DNA of 63,289 nucleotides, filler included, from Octopus bimaculoides (taxonomy: Eukaryota), in assembly GCF_001194135.2 (NCBI RefSeq). It is 6 parts of 6 records of this genome, joined end to end, with 100 filler letters (N's around TTAATTAATTAA, not from the genome) between each part and the next. Parts side by side here need not be neighbours in the genome. Positions count along the whole stretch, not along the records: positions 19,289 to 34,083 come from NC_068996.1; positions 34,184 to 42,362 come from NW_026304789.1; 4 more parts are not named here. One strand, written 5' to 3'. The notes beneath the pieces are model-generated. The model was given only the letters and a program-made list of their open reading frames with translations. It had not been told where the DNA came from and ran no database searches. The number at the start of each line of letters is the position of its first letter. Within the stretch, counting starts at the first letter, position 1. Below are positions 26,756 through 39,249 of this stretch, piece by piece. The position numbers were made by a program, and so were the translations under genes.

Positions 26756-26798
26756 TTGAACCTGTGGAAGGTACACGAGATGCCGAAATATTGTTCAA
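26756..26798 (+). ncRNA. Minimal type-I hammerhead-like motif (U6, extra A)
   Basis: TTGAAC-CTGTGGA-A-GGTA(cacgaga)TGCC-GAAAT-ATT-GTTCAA; helix I 6 bp, helix II 4 bp. Confidence 0.65.
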
Positions 26799-27008
26799 CT
26801 ACCAATAAAATATCTATTACTTTCGAACCACGCTTTTCCTCATTAATATTCGCCTTGGTGACGGATTACGTCAGCTCTTCGTCATTGATGTTTGCCTTGG
26901 TGATGGATTGTGTCAATCGTTTTACAAGTAAAGACCTCTTCTCTATATCTATATAACTTCTGATTGAGTTACTTCAGTGATATATAAACTTTTTTTTAAA
27001 TGTTTATT

Positions 27009-27051
27009 TTGAACCTGTGGAAGGTATGCGAGATACCGAAATATAGTTCAA
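27009..27051 (+). ncRNA. Minimal type-I hammerhead-like motif (U6, extra A)
   Basis: TTGAAC-CTGTGGA-A-GGTAT(gcgag)ATACC-GAAAT-ATA-GTTCAA; perfect helices I and II. Confidence 0.7.
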
Positions 27052-27467
27052 CTACCAATAAAATATCTATTACTTTCGAATCACGCTTTTCCTCATTAAT
27101 GTTTGCCTTGGTGATGGATTGTGTCAATCGTTTTACAAGTAAAGAACTCTTCTCTATATCTATATAACTTCTGGTTGAGTTACTTCAGTCCTATATAAAC
27201 TTTTAATAATAATAATAATAATAATAATAGTACTGTCAACTATAACGTAAACCCCCAAAATGAGAATAGTAATATTAATGATGAAGTGGAAAATAGAAGT
27301 GACAGTGGTAGTACTTTTAATATAAACAATATAGGTTGTAGTTCCAGTGCCTATACAAGTATGGAAATTATTGGTATGCTTGTTGATGTAGAGGCAAATT
27401 TAAATGATACTACAATTGAGCGGGAGGTAGAAAATAATTACTGGAAACATGCAAAGACAGTTCAATG

Positions 27468-30400
27468 AGATGTGTGAATTATTGAGCTCTGAATGAAGTG
27501 ACAGTGAACTATGCATATCCCTTGCCAAGAACTGATGACACACTTGATGCTTTAGCAGGGGCCTGGTGGTTCTCTACTTAAGATATGAAAACAAGATACT
27601 ATCAAATCAAGGTTGCTGAAAAAGATAAGGAGAAGACTGCATTTTCATATGGATAGGTGTTATGGCATTCATGGTCATGCCATTCAGCTTGTGCAACATT
27701 CCAGCAACATTTGAGTGCCTCATTGATCAGGTACTGGAGGGCTTACACTGGCAGACAGCCCTCATCTATCTTGATGATGTCATCATATTTGGACGGACTT
27801 TCAATCAGGAATTGGGGAGATTGTCAGAGGTATTCGAGAGGATTTGAGCTACACATCTCAAATTGAGAGCCCAAAGAATTGTTATCTGTTCCAGAAGAAA
27901 GTGAAGTACCTGGGACATAGGAGAGAAGACAGCATCTGTACTGATCCAGAGAAGGTGGCAAATATGAAGGGTTAGCTAGTTCCTACCTGTGTGAAGGATT
28001 TAAGGAGTTTCCTAGGTCTATGTGCCTACTACAGGCGCTTTGTAAAGGACTTTGTGATAGTGGATGCACCTTTGCACAAGCTGTTGGGAAAGAGCCAGAA
28101 GTCTGCATGGACTGCAGTGACCCAGACATCTTTTGATCAACTCAAGCATGTGCTAGTTTGTTCCTGTGTTGCCATTCATCCTGGACTGTGAGACCAGTGA
28201 CCACGGTATTTGTGAAGTATTGTCTCAGAACGATGACAAGGAATATTTTGTGGCATACTACAGAAGAAGCTCAGTCCATGAAACAGAATGATTGCATGAC
28301 TCATAAGCAGCTTTTGTCAGTGATGAAAAGCATTGACTTTCTCCATCCATACTTATATGGGTCCAACTTTACCATTAGAACAGACCATGCAGCATTCAAG
28401 TGGCTGAAGACACTGAAGAATTCAGAGGAACAATTGGTACACTGGCTAGGGAAGCTAGACAACCACAACTATGAGGTACAACACCACCCAGGGCAGGTAC
28501 ATGGCAATGCTGACAGTTTGAGTCATTGGGTTTGTCACCAAGATTGTGTAGCAAACTCATAAAAGGCAGAGAGAGAACGTAAGTTCGTTTGCCCGAACAT
28601 AAGAAATTATGGATTTCTCATTGGTTGAAAATTACTGTCCATATACGAATTCTGAATTTCATTGAAGAAGTCTTTCACGTGGATTCGTGTATGAACAGTT
28701 ATATAAACCCTGATTTTCGGCAAACTCTCCAGTGATCGTTGGACAGCCACTCAAATCCATGACACTCACCCTTTTGAGTATCGGCTAATATGAAAAATTA
28801 GTTAATATAAAATTTAAGTCGTAATTCTCTACGACGAAATGACTTTATTTCTAAATGTTCTATAAATGCCAAAAAAATGTATATAATAAATTAATATAGA
28901 AATTTAATTCCTTTTATTTCTCATTTCTTTCAACTTGTTGAATTCATTTCTGTATATTAATGAAACTGTATTTTTTTATGTGTAACGGTCAAAAACATAT
29001 AATCTATATCTTCGACATACATGTACGTATGAATGCACGTTCAGCGTCTTGGTATGTATACGTCATAACATTTACGCAGCCTAAACTAAGAGTTATGCTT
29101 AGTGATAAATACTTATAATTAAGTAACGAGATTATCATTATAGCTTTTAATTAAGAAACAATAATATTTGTTATAACTTACGATTGAAAACATTGTAAAT
29201 AAAGATATAATAAATCTCTCACTTCAATGACCTGTTATATCAACCACATAAAAATTGCAAGTATTGTAGTGGAAGAGAATATTGTAGCAAGAAGTACAAC
29301 TGTACTGCAGTGACTGGGCTTGTGTCAACTGAAGAACAACAAAAGAAGAAACAGATGGAGGATGCAGACTTAAAGCCAGTGATAGAGTGACTGCAGCAGA
29401 GTGCAGTGAGACTATCTTGGGAAAAAGTGTCCAGACCCAACCCTGAGACTAAGAACTAACGAGCCAGTGGAGCCTTCTTTGTTTGAACAACGGACTACTT
29501 GAGAGTCAATGGGAAACATCTGATAGTCTTAACAAGTATTGGCAACTAATGATACCTAAGGAGATGAGACTCAGGCTATTAGAAACTCATGGTCTGATAA
29601 CAAGTGAGCACTTATTATAGAAGATTTTGAATCAGCTGTGGCAAAGGTTCTTCTGGACAGACATGCATCAAGATGTTGAAGAATGGTGTCAGTCCTGTGA
29701 TACATGTTGCGTCAAGAAGAGACTCAAGAAGCGATGGTGTGCCCCTTTTCAGCTGTACAAAGTGAGTGCACCTTTGGAAAGAGTAGATGTAGATATTGCT
29801 GGACCTTTACCACTCACTGAAAGAGGAAGTCGGTACAAATGTGTGGCCATGGACTATTTTACAAAGTGACCAGAAGCCTATGCCATCCCTGATCAAGAAG
29901 CCACCACTGTTCCACAAGTGTTGGAGACCAGTTCTGTCGGTTTGGGATGCCTAAGGGACTGCATTCTGATCAGGGTAGAAACTTTGAATCAGCTGTGTCT
30001 CGGGTGTTGTAAGTTGTTGGGGATTAAGAAAACTAGGACAACCCTATTGAGACTATAGTCAGATGGGATGGTGGAGAAGTGTAATTGGACACTAGGACAA
30101 GAACCAGCCAAGGATTGTATAGAATGAGAGTTGGAAATGGGATTTGAAGTTACCTGTTTTGTTGATGGCATATCGTTTGGCAATGCATGAGACTACTGGC
30201 TGTACACCTGCAAGGCTGATGCAGGGGCCACAAGATGAGACTTCCAGTTGATCTGTTGGTGGGAAGACCACTAAGTGAAGAATTACCTAGTGAAACCTCC
30301 AACTATGTGAAATATCTGCAAGAGAGACTGACAGAGGTACACCAGCAAGTTAGGAAAGCTCTGAAGTTTTCAGGTGGGGTGATGAAACATCAGCATGATA

Positions 30401-30900
30401 CCAGGGCTAGTGAGATCAACTTTAAGGAGGGAATTGAAGACGGCTATATAATCCCCAGTGGAAGAAGAGACGGTCACCAAAACTGCAGAGTTCATGGGAA
30501 GGACCCTACACTATGATGAATCACCTGTCCAATGTGACATACTGGATCTGAGGAGGCAAGAGGTCCCATCCTAAGTTTGCACATGTGAACTATCGGTGGA
30601 AATACTATGAGCCAGGCTAGTTCAGCTGGGACCCAGTGGAGATTGGAAGCATCTGTTGATGAAGGTACTGGGGAGGACCAAGGAGAAGAAGCACAAGAGT
30701 AAGACAATCACTGTGAAGAGGAAGTGAACCAAGAAGAGGATCAAGAGATGCCAGAGGAAATGGATCCAAGTGGGAACAACAACATCCTCAGAAGCGGCAA
30801 AGGAGAAAAACTCATAAGTTCAAGGATTATTTCCTGTATGATTAATGTATTTAGGCTTAAGGACTGAATATTCATAAATGTATACTTCTGTTGGGTCAAC
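27468..30900 (+). mobile_element. Ty3/Gypsy LTR retrotransposon pol remnant (RT-RNase H-integrase), interrupted
   Basis: YPLPRTDDTLD, MPFSLCNIPATF, IYLDDVIIFG, TDHAAFKWL, GNADSLS; integrase FFWTDMHQDVEEWCQSCDTC, DIAGPLP, DYFTK; many stops; purine-rich PPT-like AAGGAGGGAGTAG ~30910. Confidence 0.92.
28575..29290. mobile_element. Unclassified AT-rich insertion splitting Gypsy pol
   Basis: Pol homology stops after ...KAERE and resumes ~29290; composition and CpG content differ from the flanks. Confidence 0.55.
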
Positions 30901-31179
30901 AAAGGTCTAAGGAGGGAGTAGAGTTAGAAAAGAATATAAAGTCAATCATTTGGAGCAAATGAAAGAAATATTCTAAAAATATAATTTTAAATGGTACTAC
31001 TCGAAATTGAAATTCTGTCCTCTAGTTCAACAAAAGAAAACAAATAATGGATCCATAATTCATTCTATTGAGAAATAGCATTCATTGATCATGTGATTAA
31101 TTTAAAGCATACTGCACAGTTTGTGTTTTTACTGTGAGGTGGGTGGTTCAAATTGGTGAGGGAACACATGGTGTCAGTT

Positions 31180-31345
31180 GACGATGTGAATGGTTACTGT
31201 GAAGTCAGGCAACAAGGAACTACAGTCAGGCAACAAGTTGATGTGAAGTTGGGTGATGAGGAACTACAGTCAGTGTGAAGTCAGACAACAAGGAACAACA
31301 GTTGGTGTGAAGTTGGGTGATGAGGAACTACAGTCGGTGTGAAAT
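31180..31345 (+). repeat. Short tandem repeat (GGAACTACAGTC.GTGTGAAGT..), possibly in Gypsy LTR
   Basis: About four imperfect ~25-30 bp units seen directly. Confidence 0.7.
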
Positions 31346-33861
31346 CAAAATCAATTCATTGACAGAATTCACTGTGATGTATCATGATATGATGAAAAAA
31401 ATATTTTAACGAAAAATACAATAAGAGTGCTTCTTTCATGGCTTAAGCTCAGTACAATAAGCTAATGGTTTCACTGTTTAGAGAACAGATTGTCCATATG
31501 AATGGTACCTAGTGAACTGAATCAGCATGATTTTAAGTGTCCAAAGACAGATATCAACCATATACCTTCTGGTCCACAATTGGACATCATATAGTTTGAA
31601 GAAGTAAAAAAAAAAAAAATTCATTGCAATAATGATTTTTCAACTCAAAAATATTTTTATGAAAGGATATAGTGATGAAATTGATCACAGTATACGCTAG
31701 TATTTACTAACACTAAGAAAAATGAATGGCAAAGTCAACTCAGATAAGATTTGAGATTTGAATACAAAATATAGAGATATATACTAATTTCTTACACATC
31801 TACCAGATCTCCAATTTGGGCAGTGTGTGTGGATTAGGTTTTCTACTTCAGTACATAACTGGTAATTATATCAGTCCCAGAAGTATCAAAAGCAAGGTTA
31901 ACTACTGCAAAATTTAATACTGAAGGACATTTCTGTACTCTACTTTTTGTGTTACTTTCATTATCTTTCCATTAACTATGCCACAGCATAGTGCAATAGG
32001 TCTACACTTTGAATAGCTTTTATAGCTTTCTACACAATTTTACTTTCATTATCAAAAGAAAAAAAAAGGTTTATGAAAGGACAATTAATATATCTAAACT
32101 ACATACATTTGCCAAAAATATTATGCATTTCTTCATTTGATAGTCTACTAACATATTTTGCATTTAAATTTTACTAATTAATACTTGTTGAAACAACAAC
32201 ACTTACCTCAATGCATTAAAAAAAAATTGCAAATTATGATCCAAGTTATCATCAAGCGTTTAACTTCACAGTTGTTTGGCCCAGATCAGTCTTGCCCTAG
32301 TGGACCTATAATCATAAGTGTTCCAGTTGTGACCATCACTTTTTTTAAGACATAGTACTATCCCATGTGTTGTAAAACAGACACAAATACTTTCTTACAG
32401 GACTTGAACGTACAACAAAGAGGAAGGTGAAACTGAGTGCATTTATTCTAGTTCTCCACTGACTCCAGTTTTATTGCACCATTTCCACATATCTGTTCAA
32501 TTTATTTTAATACCATCCATTTTCATTGCCATATGCATCCCCACTTGTTTGTTTCTCAATTTGTGGAGTTTTATTTTATAGGGAGCTGTTTTCTCTTTAA
32601 TGTCACTGTTAGTTTTGGGACCTACAATTATGTTACATATGAAATAATATCTTCTGATACAACAGACAAACAAGGTAACATATTCCAAGAATTCTCAAAT
32701 CATTGTAACAATTGTATTTCTGCAGATACACAGGTTTATATGTCCCAAACAATGTATTCCATTATCACTTTCTGTAGTGACATGACTCTGAATCTGTAGT
32801 TACCACATTCTACATCTTATTAAACAATATCATGTTTAGTCACTTTTCTGCAATATCCAAATGACTTTCATAGTTGTTGGTTTTGCTTTATTGTTAGATA
32901 TCTGTAAGATATGTCCTCATCTACCATGACCATATGGTCAACCAACATAAGCCATCAACCCAGCTGGGTCATCAGTGAAGAGAACACAGGGTCTAACTCG
33001 AAATATTGAGCAACATGGCCAAATAGTCTGAGCTGGTGCTCCCAAATCATGCAAGTGTAGTCAGTGTTGTTAAATTTCAAGTCAGTCATCATTTTCCAAT
33101 CATTTATTCTAATATTGTATAATCAAAGACTAGATTATCCTGTGTATCATCCCTTTTTGATATAGTAGCTTTTGCTGCTATCTTTAAAAGATCAAATAAC
33201 AATATATCAGCTCCTTTGAATGTATGAATGTAATCCAAGTCAACTCTGAACCAGAAAGTCTATGACCTAGAGTATATTCCCACCATAACAACTCTTATGT
33301 TTTATTCACAATTAGTATATCTAGACTACATTATTTAATATGCTGTCCTTTCTAGGATGGTAGGGTGGTTTTTATAGAAATTTGGTTGTTATTTCTGGCA
33401 AGCATTGCATCTGTTATTTTTGAGAAAAAACTGTGATTCAAAGGAGTTCCATCTGCAACCAGCTCAGCTTATTTATCAAACAAATTATGCAATGTGTTCT
33501 TTTGTTTTAAGATGGTAGAATGTGATTTGAGGAAGATTTGGTCGATATTTCTAGAAGGTTCAGTGACTATATAAAATTTCCTTCTATTGTAGATTCTCTT
33601 GCTGTTGCCACTTTTGTTGTTGTTGCTGCTTATACTGTTGTTACTGATGCTATTACTGCCTCCATCTTTATTATTGTTCTTGCCACTGTTATCAAAACTT
33701 CAATGCATCATTCAATCTTATTTAATGTTGAATTCATTTTCCAACAAAAAAGTAGATTTCAGGACAAATGAGAGGATCTACATAAAAAAAAATATGCATT
33801 AACAAAAATTATTTACATTATTTACATTTGTCGGATATTTGTCCTCATCTTGTTTGTTGTT

Positions 33862-33904
33862 AACACGTTTCGGCTGATATACCCTCCAGCCTTCGTCAGG
33901 TGTC
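33862..33904 (-). ncRNA. Hammerhead-like motif lacking the NUH triplet in this copy
   Basis: Minus strand GACAC-CTGACGA-A-GGCTG(gagggtatat)CAGCC-GAAAC-GTGTT. Confidence 0.65.
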
Positions 33905-33991
33905 TTGGGGAAATTTCGAACCTGGGTTCTCATTCCTAACGATGTTACTATTATTATATTATTATTATTATTATTATTACTATTATTAATC

Positions 33992-34065
33992 AGGTCGCTG
34001 CCGTGAATCGAACTCAGAACCTTGGGGTTAATAGCCCGCGCTCTTAACCACTACGCCATATGCCC
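33992..34065 (-). mobile_element. tRNA-derived SINE head (not a functional tRNA)
   Basis: A box TGGCGTAGTGG, GGG-CTATTAA-CCC anticodon-like arm, B box GTTCGATTC; acceptor stem does not pair. Confidence 0.8.
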
Positions 34066-34530
34066 GTGGGCAATTATGGGGTGNNNNNNNNNNNNNNNNN
34101 NNNNNNNNNNNNNNNNNNNNNNNNNNNTTAATTAATTAANNNNNNNNNNNNNNNNNNNNNNNNNNNNNNNNNNNNNNNNNNNNATATATATATATGTGTA
34201 TGTATATATATATATATGTATATTTAGATATATAAGCATATATATATATATATGTGTATGTATATATATATATATATGTATATTTAGATATATAAGCATA
34301 TATATATATATACATATATATATATGCATATCTATATATATTTATCATACATACACACATATATATGTTTATATTTATGTTTATATATGAATAGACATAT
34401 ACACACATACATAGATAGGTATATAAATATATATATATATGATATATATATGTACTTATTTATACACACATGTATATATATGTATGCATGTATATATATA
34501 TATGCATAAATATACATGTATATGTATATA

Positions 34531-34562
<32 letters not shown>

Positions 34563-34757
34563 CAATTGTATTTGTATTGTGTGTGTGTGTGTATATATAT
34601 GTATATGTATGTTTGTATATCGTATATCATTTACCATTTAAAACAAAATTATCATTTCTATACAAGATTTTAAACAGAAGCAGAAAAGAGCGTATGTTCA
34701 GCTGCACATACGCATCTAAGTGTGAGTTTGTGTGCGTGCATACATATGTGAGGACAC

Positions 34758-34792
<35 letters not shown>

Positions 34793-35624
34793 CACACACA
34801 CACACACACAAACACATGTAGGTGCGCGTACTCACAGACGTATGCCCATACACTCACATACAAACGCACAAACACACATGCAGAAATGTATTCGTCCTCT
34901 CATGCGTGTGACTGTGGTAGAGAAGGAGACAATTTTTTTTTAAATGGCCGGTAACAGGATGAATGTCGCCATTGTGGAACACAAAGCAGGTAACATGACA
35001 CCAAAAAAAAGTGCTTAAATAAATAAATAAATAAATAAATGCTTAAATAAATAAATAATTACGAAATCCTGATTTTGTGATTTTAAACAGATGAGAAGCA
35101 AATAGGAATGCACCACTCTCTTCCATATGGCTCCACCTGTAATTGGACGAACGACAGTCTTTGCAAGTGGTCTACCCAGAAGACATGGAAATCCAGTGTC
35201 GGTAACTCAACCAAGATTTGTTGCATTAATTGTATTTAGTGATGATAGGGCTATGTAAAATGATAATAACATGTGGTGTAGGTGAACGGGGGAAGTAGGG
35301 TGTGGATTAATGGAAAGTTACGGCGAGAAGATTTAATTCGGTGTGATTTGGGAATTTTATGTTAATTAACATGGTGGTTACGTGTGATGTGGGTAGATCG
35401 GGGATGTAGGGCGTGGATTAAAAGAAAGTCATGGCAAGGAGATTTAATTTGGTTTCCAAAACGGTGGCTCGGCATGGCCGCAGTCTAATGACTGAAACAA
35501 ATAAACGATAATATATATATATACGTACATATATATATATATATTCATATATATATATGTATGTATGTATGTATATGCACGCACAAGCACATACTTATCT
35601 ATACACTCAGACTGGCTCCCGCGC

Positions 35625-35835
35625 AGTTTCTTATTTCTTTATTGCCCACAAGGGGCTAAACATAGAAGGGACAAACAAGGACAAAGGGATTAAGTCGATT
35701 ACATCGACCCCAGTGCGTAACTGGTACTTAATTTATCGACCCCGAAGGGATGAAAGGCAAAGTCGAACTCGGTGGAATTTGAACTCAGAATGTAACGGCG
35801 GACGAAATGCCACTAAGCATTTCGATCGGCGAAAT
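35625..35835 (-). mobile_element. Dominant SINE, alternative tail variant, CpGs retained
   Basis: Matches family consensus; also + copy 36175-36360. Confidence 0.8.
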
Positions 35836-37049
35836 ATCACTTAGAATGCAACAACAGTAAAGACTTCCACAAAGTGACGCGCTATGGTACCGAACCAGGA
35901 ACATACGCACGCGTGTGCGCGCACACACAATCATGCCCGAGCGTATATGAAACTAGTATTAACAAGAAATTAATTATAAGCTGATTTAATTTACCAGATT
36001 ATTTAATCACTTAAATATATTTCATAAATCAAAATTATGCACTTCACAATTGAATAGTTTAATGTTATTAATTAAAACTGCTAAAAGTGCCGATTTACTG
36101 TAGCAGAGGTGGCGGTGAGATATTTCTAATAAAATATTTCCCATGTCATATTAGAGTAAACGGTTAAAAGTGGCAATCGGGTGGAATCGTAAGCACGTCG
36201 GTTAAAAAGACTTAGCGTGGTTCTTCCGACTCTTTAGGGTCCTAGTTCAAATTCCACCGAGATCGACTTTGCTTTTTGTTCTTTCGTGGTCGAAAAGATG
36301 AAAGTAGCGGTCAAGTACTGAAGTCGACTATTCCTCTCTCCACAAAATTTCCGAAAGGAAAGGAACAAACTATTGTAGCAATTTCTTCTTCTTACTTTTA
36401 TCTCTTCTCATTTTCCTTTGCATTGAGTGTATTGCCTTCATAAGGCTGCAAATTGGCGCCGTCCATAGAGTGTACGGATAAAATGCCTTGCAGGATACAT
36501 TCAGGCTCTTTGCGCACGTTTGAATTTTACCGAGTTCAACTTAGCTTTCCGTCTCTTCAGTAACTGGAAATAAAGTAACAAACCAATGCTAGAGTCGATT
36601 CTTTCCCGCCTTTCTTTCTTTGAAAAATAATGGTATAGTCTCAGACACGTAGAGAACACAAACGCAGTAGTATTCACTTACCATTTCTTTCATAATTGTG
36701 TTCGCTACTACGGAGCATTAGAAAGGTTTGTCAGGTTTCTTAGTATATTATTGTTTCCCTATTATATTAATTGTGCCGTTTTACTGTGACCAGGCTAACG
36801 TCTTTATGTTAGTGCACTACAGTGTGACTATGCTAATGCGTTATATTAGTGTGTCTGCATATTAACTCTGTTATGTTTTGTATTGTTGTACTTTGTTTAA
36901 TAATGTTCGTGTCAGTGTGACACGTCACTGGTTTAAGCTAACCTGTTACGTTAGCTGTATCGTGTAAGTGTGTCGTGTTATTGTGTCATGTTAGTGCGTC
37001 GTGTCTGAATCCCTTTTCAGTTGTATTATGTTTTATTGGGACTGTTTTT

Positions 37050-37990
37050 GCAGTTTAGTGCATTAGAACATGGAGAGCTCCGAAGCTCCAACACTTTGAG
37101 GACAATATCAAAGGACGAAATACAACGCACGAAGAGGTGGGATTTACATAAGCCAAAAAAAGATCAACGACAACAAATATAAAACCAAAATTCCAAAGTA
37201 TTTCATAAAAAAAAATCCTCCAATAGCTGAGAAGTCCACCTAGGCTAATTCAAGGGAAACTCAATACACGGCTTCGAAAGTACCTTCTTCCAGTTTCCTT
37301 CCTTCTACACAGGGTAGCTCCATTCAGCTACACCAGTCTTGCGACTCTCATCCACCTTTCGGTAAACACACAAGAAAGACAGCATTTCTCTCGCTACCCA
37401 CATCTTCCTCTTCAAATAGTCCTTCAAGAAATTGATGAGAGCTGGGCCAGGTAGGAAAATGCCTGTTTTGAAACCTTTTGGACGAATCAATCACCCAATT
37501 TCTTTCGTCAGAGCCATCAAGTAGAGAAATATTTGCCTCCCTTTTCTGCCAAAGAAGGTGGCGCGTCGATCTTCACTATACACTTGGTGTACAGTCGGAC
37601 GTATCCTACATGTGATAACAATTGTTTGATGCAAGTCCACTAGTGGCTAATACATGGGCACTGAATGATGGTGTGCAAAATGGTCTCATTCCCTTACACG
37701 CATCTTGGACAGTTTCGGGTGTTGGTGCTTCCATACAAGTACAGTCTGTCTCGAACCGGTAATGATTCCTTGCAGCACTGCCATGCTTAAGACTATTGGA
37801 AATTATCTATAGTCCTTCAGAATGTACTGTTCAGACCGTACTCGTCGATGTCCAGAACTGAGCCATCGTCGCTCATACCCTCAACTAACCCACTAGAGAA
37901 ATTTAGAGTTGTTTTCTGGCCGCTGGCCAAATCCTGTTGGAATTGTGCTGTGAATGCCCTGAAACATTCTAGATATCACATTCTTTATTA
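37050..37990 (-). mobile_element. L1/Tx1 LINE 3' fragment (C-terminal Zn motif + 3' UTR)
   Basis: Minus strand WQCCKESLPVRDRL...CPRCV*GNETILHTIIQCP; GLVEGMSDD aligns with GLVEFKSDD at ~22975. Confidence 0.8.
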
Positions 37991-38068
37991 TTCATTTGAT
38001 AAAAATTCTTGAGTTGGTACAGAATGATACAATGTGAGATTATATAAGAGTCGAACCAAAGGAGTTAA

Positions 38069-38102
<34 letters not shown>

Positions 38103-38361
38103 TATATATATATCAAGAGAAAAAGTGTAAGAATGAGAGAGAGAGAGAGGCAGACAGACAGAAAGATATGTGTTTGTGTACGCGAATATTTAAGTATCTA
38201 TGTATGAAAATATGGTAACATACACATATATATCTATACATATATGTAACTAGATTCATAAATGTATATATACACGGTGCTTGATATTCGCACACATGTG
38301 TATATATCATTGCACACGCAATCCCGTTGACGCGCCATCCATTGCACACCATAAACACATT

Positions 38362-38406
<45 letters not shown>

Positions 38407-38521
38407 CTATATGCATGTACATATGAACATGTATATGTATGTACGTATGTATGTATGTATGGATGTATGTGTGCGTGTGTGTATTTATATATAAATGAAT
38501 GTATTAATATATATACATATG

Positions 38522-38554
<33 letters not shown>

Positions 38555-38956
38555 ATNNNNNNNNNNNNNNNNNNNNNNNNNNNNNNNNNNNNNNNNNNNN
38601 NNNNNNNNNNNNNNNNNNNNNNNNNNNNNNNNNNNNNNNNNNNNNNNNNNNNNNNNNNNNNNNNNNNNNNNNNNNNNNNNNNNNNNNNNNNNNNNNNNNN
38701 NNNNNNNNNNNNNNNNNNNNNNNATAAACGCACACACGCACATATATGCAATTTTTTTTTACCCAGAAGTATATTTACAGAAAATACACCATGGACTACT
38801 TCGCCTGTATTTGTTGAAATATGTACGTCTTAACACACAAACATGTTCACACTGAAGAACGTTCGCAGACATATTGTATTGAAGTAAATATATTAATAAA
38901 TGCTTTATTTATGTTTGACATGCATCCTAGATCTACGCTAGTAGATCTAGATAAGT

Positions 38957-38991
<35 letters not shown>

Positions 38992-39249
38992 CACAGACAC
39001 ACACGTGTGTTGTGTTTGTATGTAATTGTGAATGTGTGATTGAGGTTCATGTGTGTGTGAATATATATTATATATTTGTATATATATGCATATGTACGCA
39101 CACATACATATTCTTATAAATGCACGTATACACATACACACATACACACATAAACCGATACATACTCACTGACACAAATATTTGTGAGTGCGCATGTGTG
39201 TGTGTGTGTGTGCGCGCGCGTGCGTGAAGTTTTAATATGTCACTGCATT

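Larger units (their letters stand above)
26620..27205 (+). repeat. Tandem repeat, 2.5 units (periods 269 and 211 bp), PLE pLTR-like, ends in (AAT)n
   Basis: GTGATGGATTGTGTCAATCG at 26631, 26900, 27111; each full unit carries a hammerhead-like fold. Confidence 0.85.

Noticed and set aside
32967-33011. Fifth hammerhead candidate (GAG...CTC-GAAATATT-GAGC)
   Set aside because: CUGANGA box and helix I too degenerate to support.
33992-34065. Functional tRNA gene
   Set aside because: Acceptor stem does not pair; treated as a SINE head. Same for 6102 and 16361.
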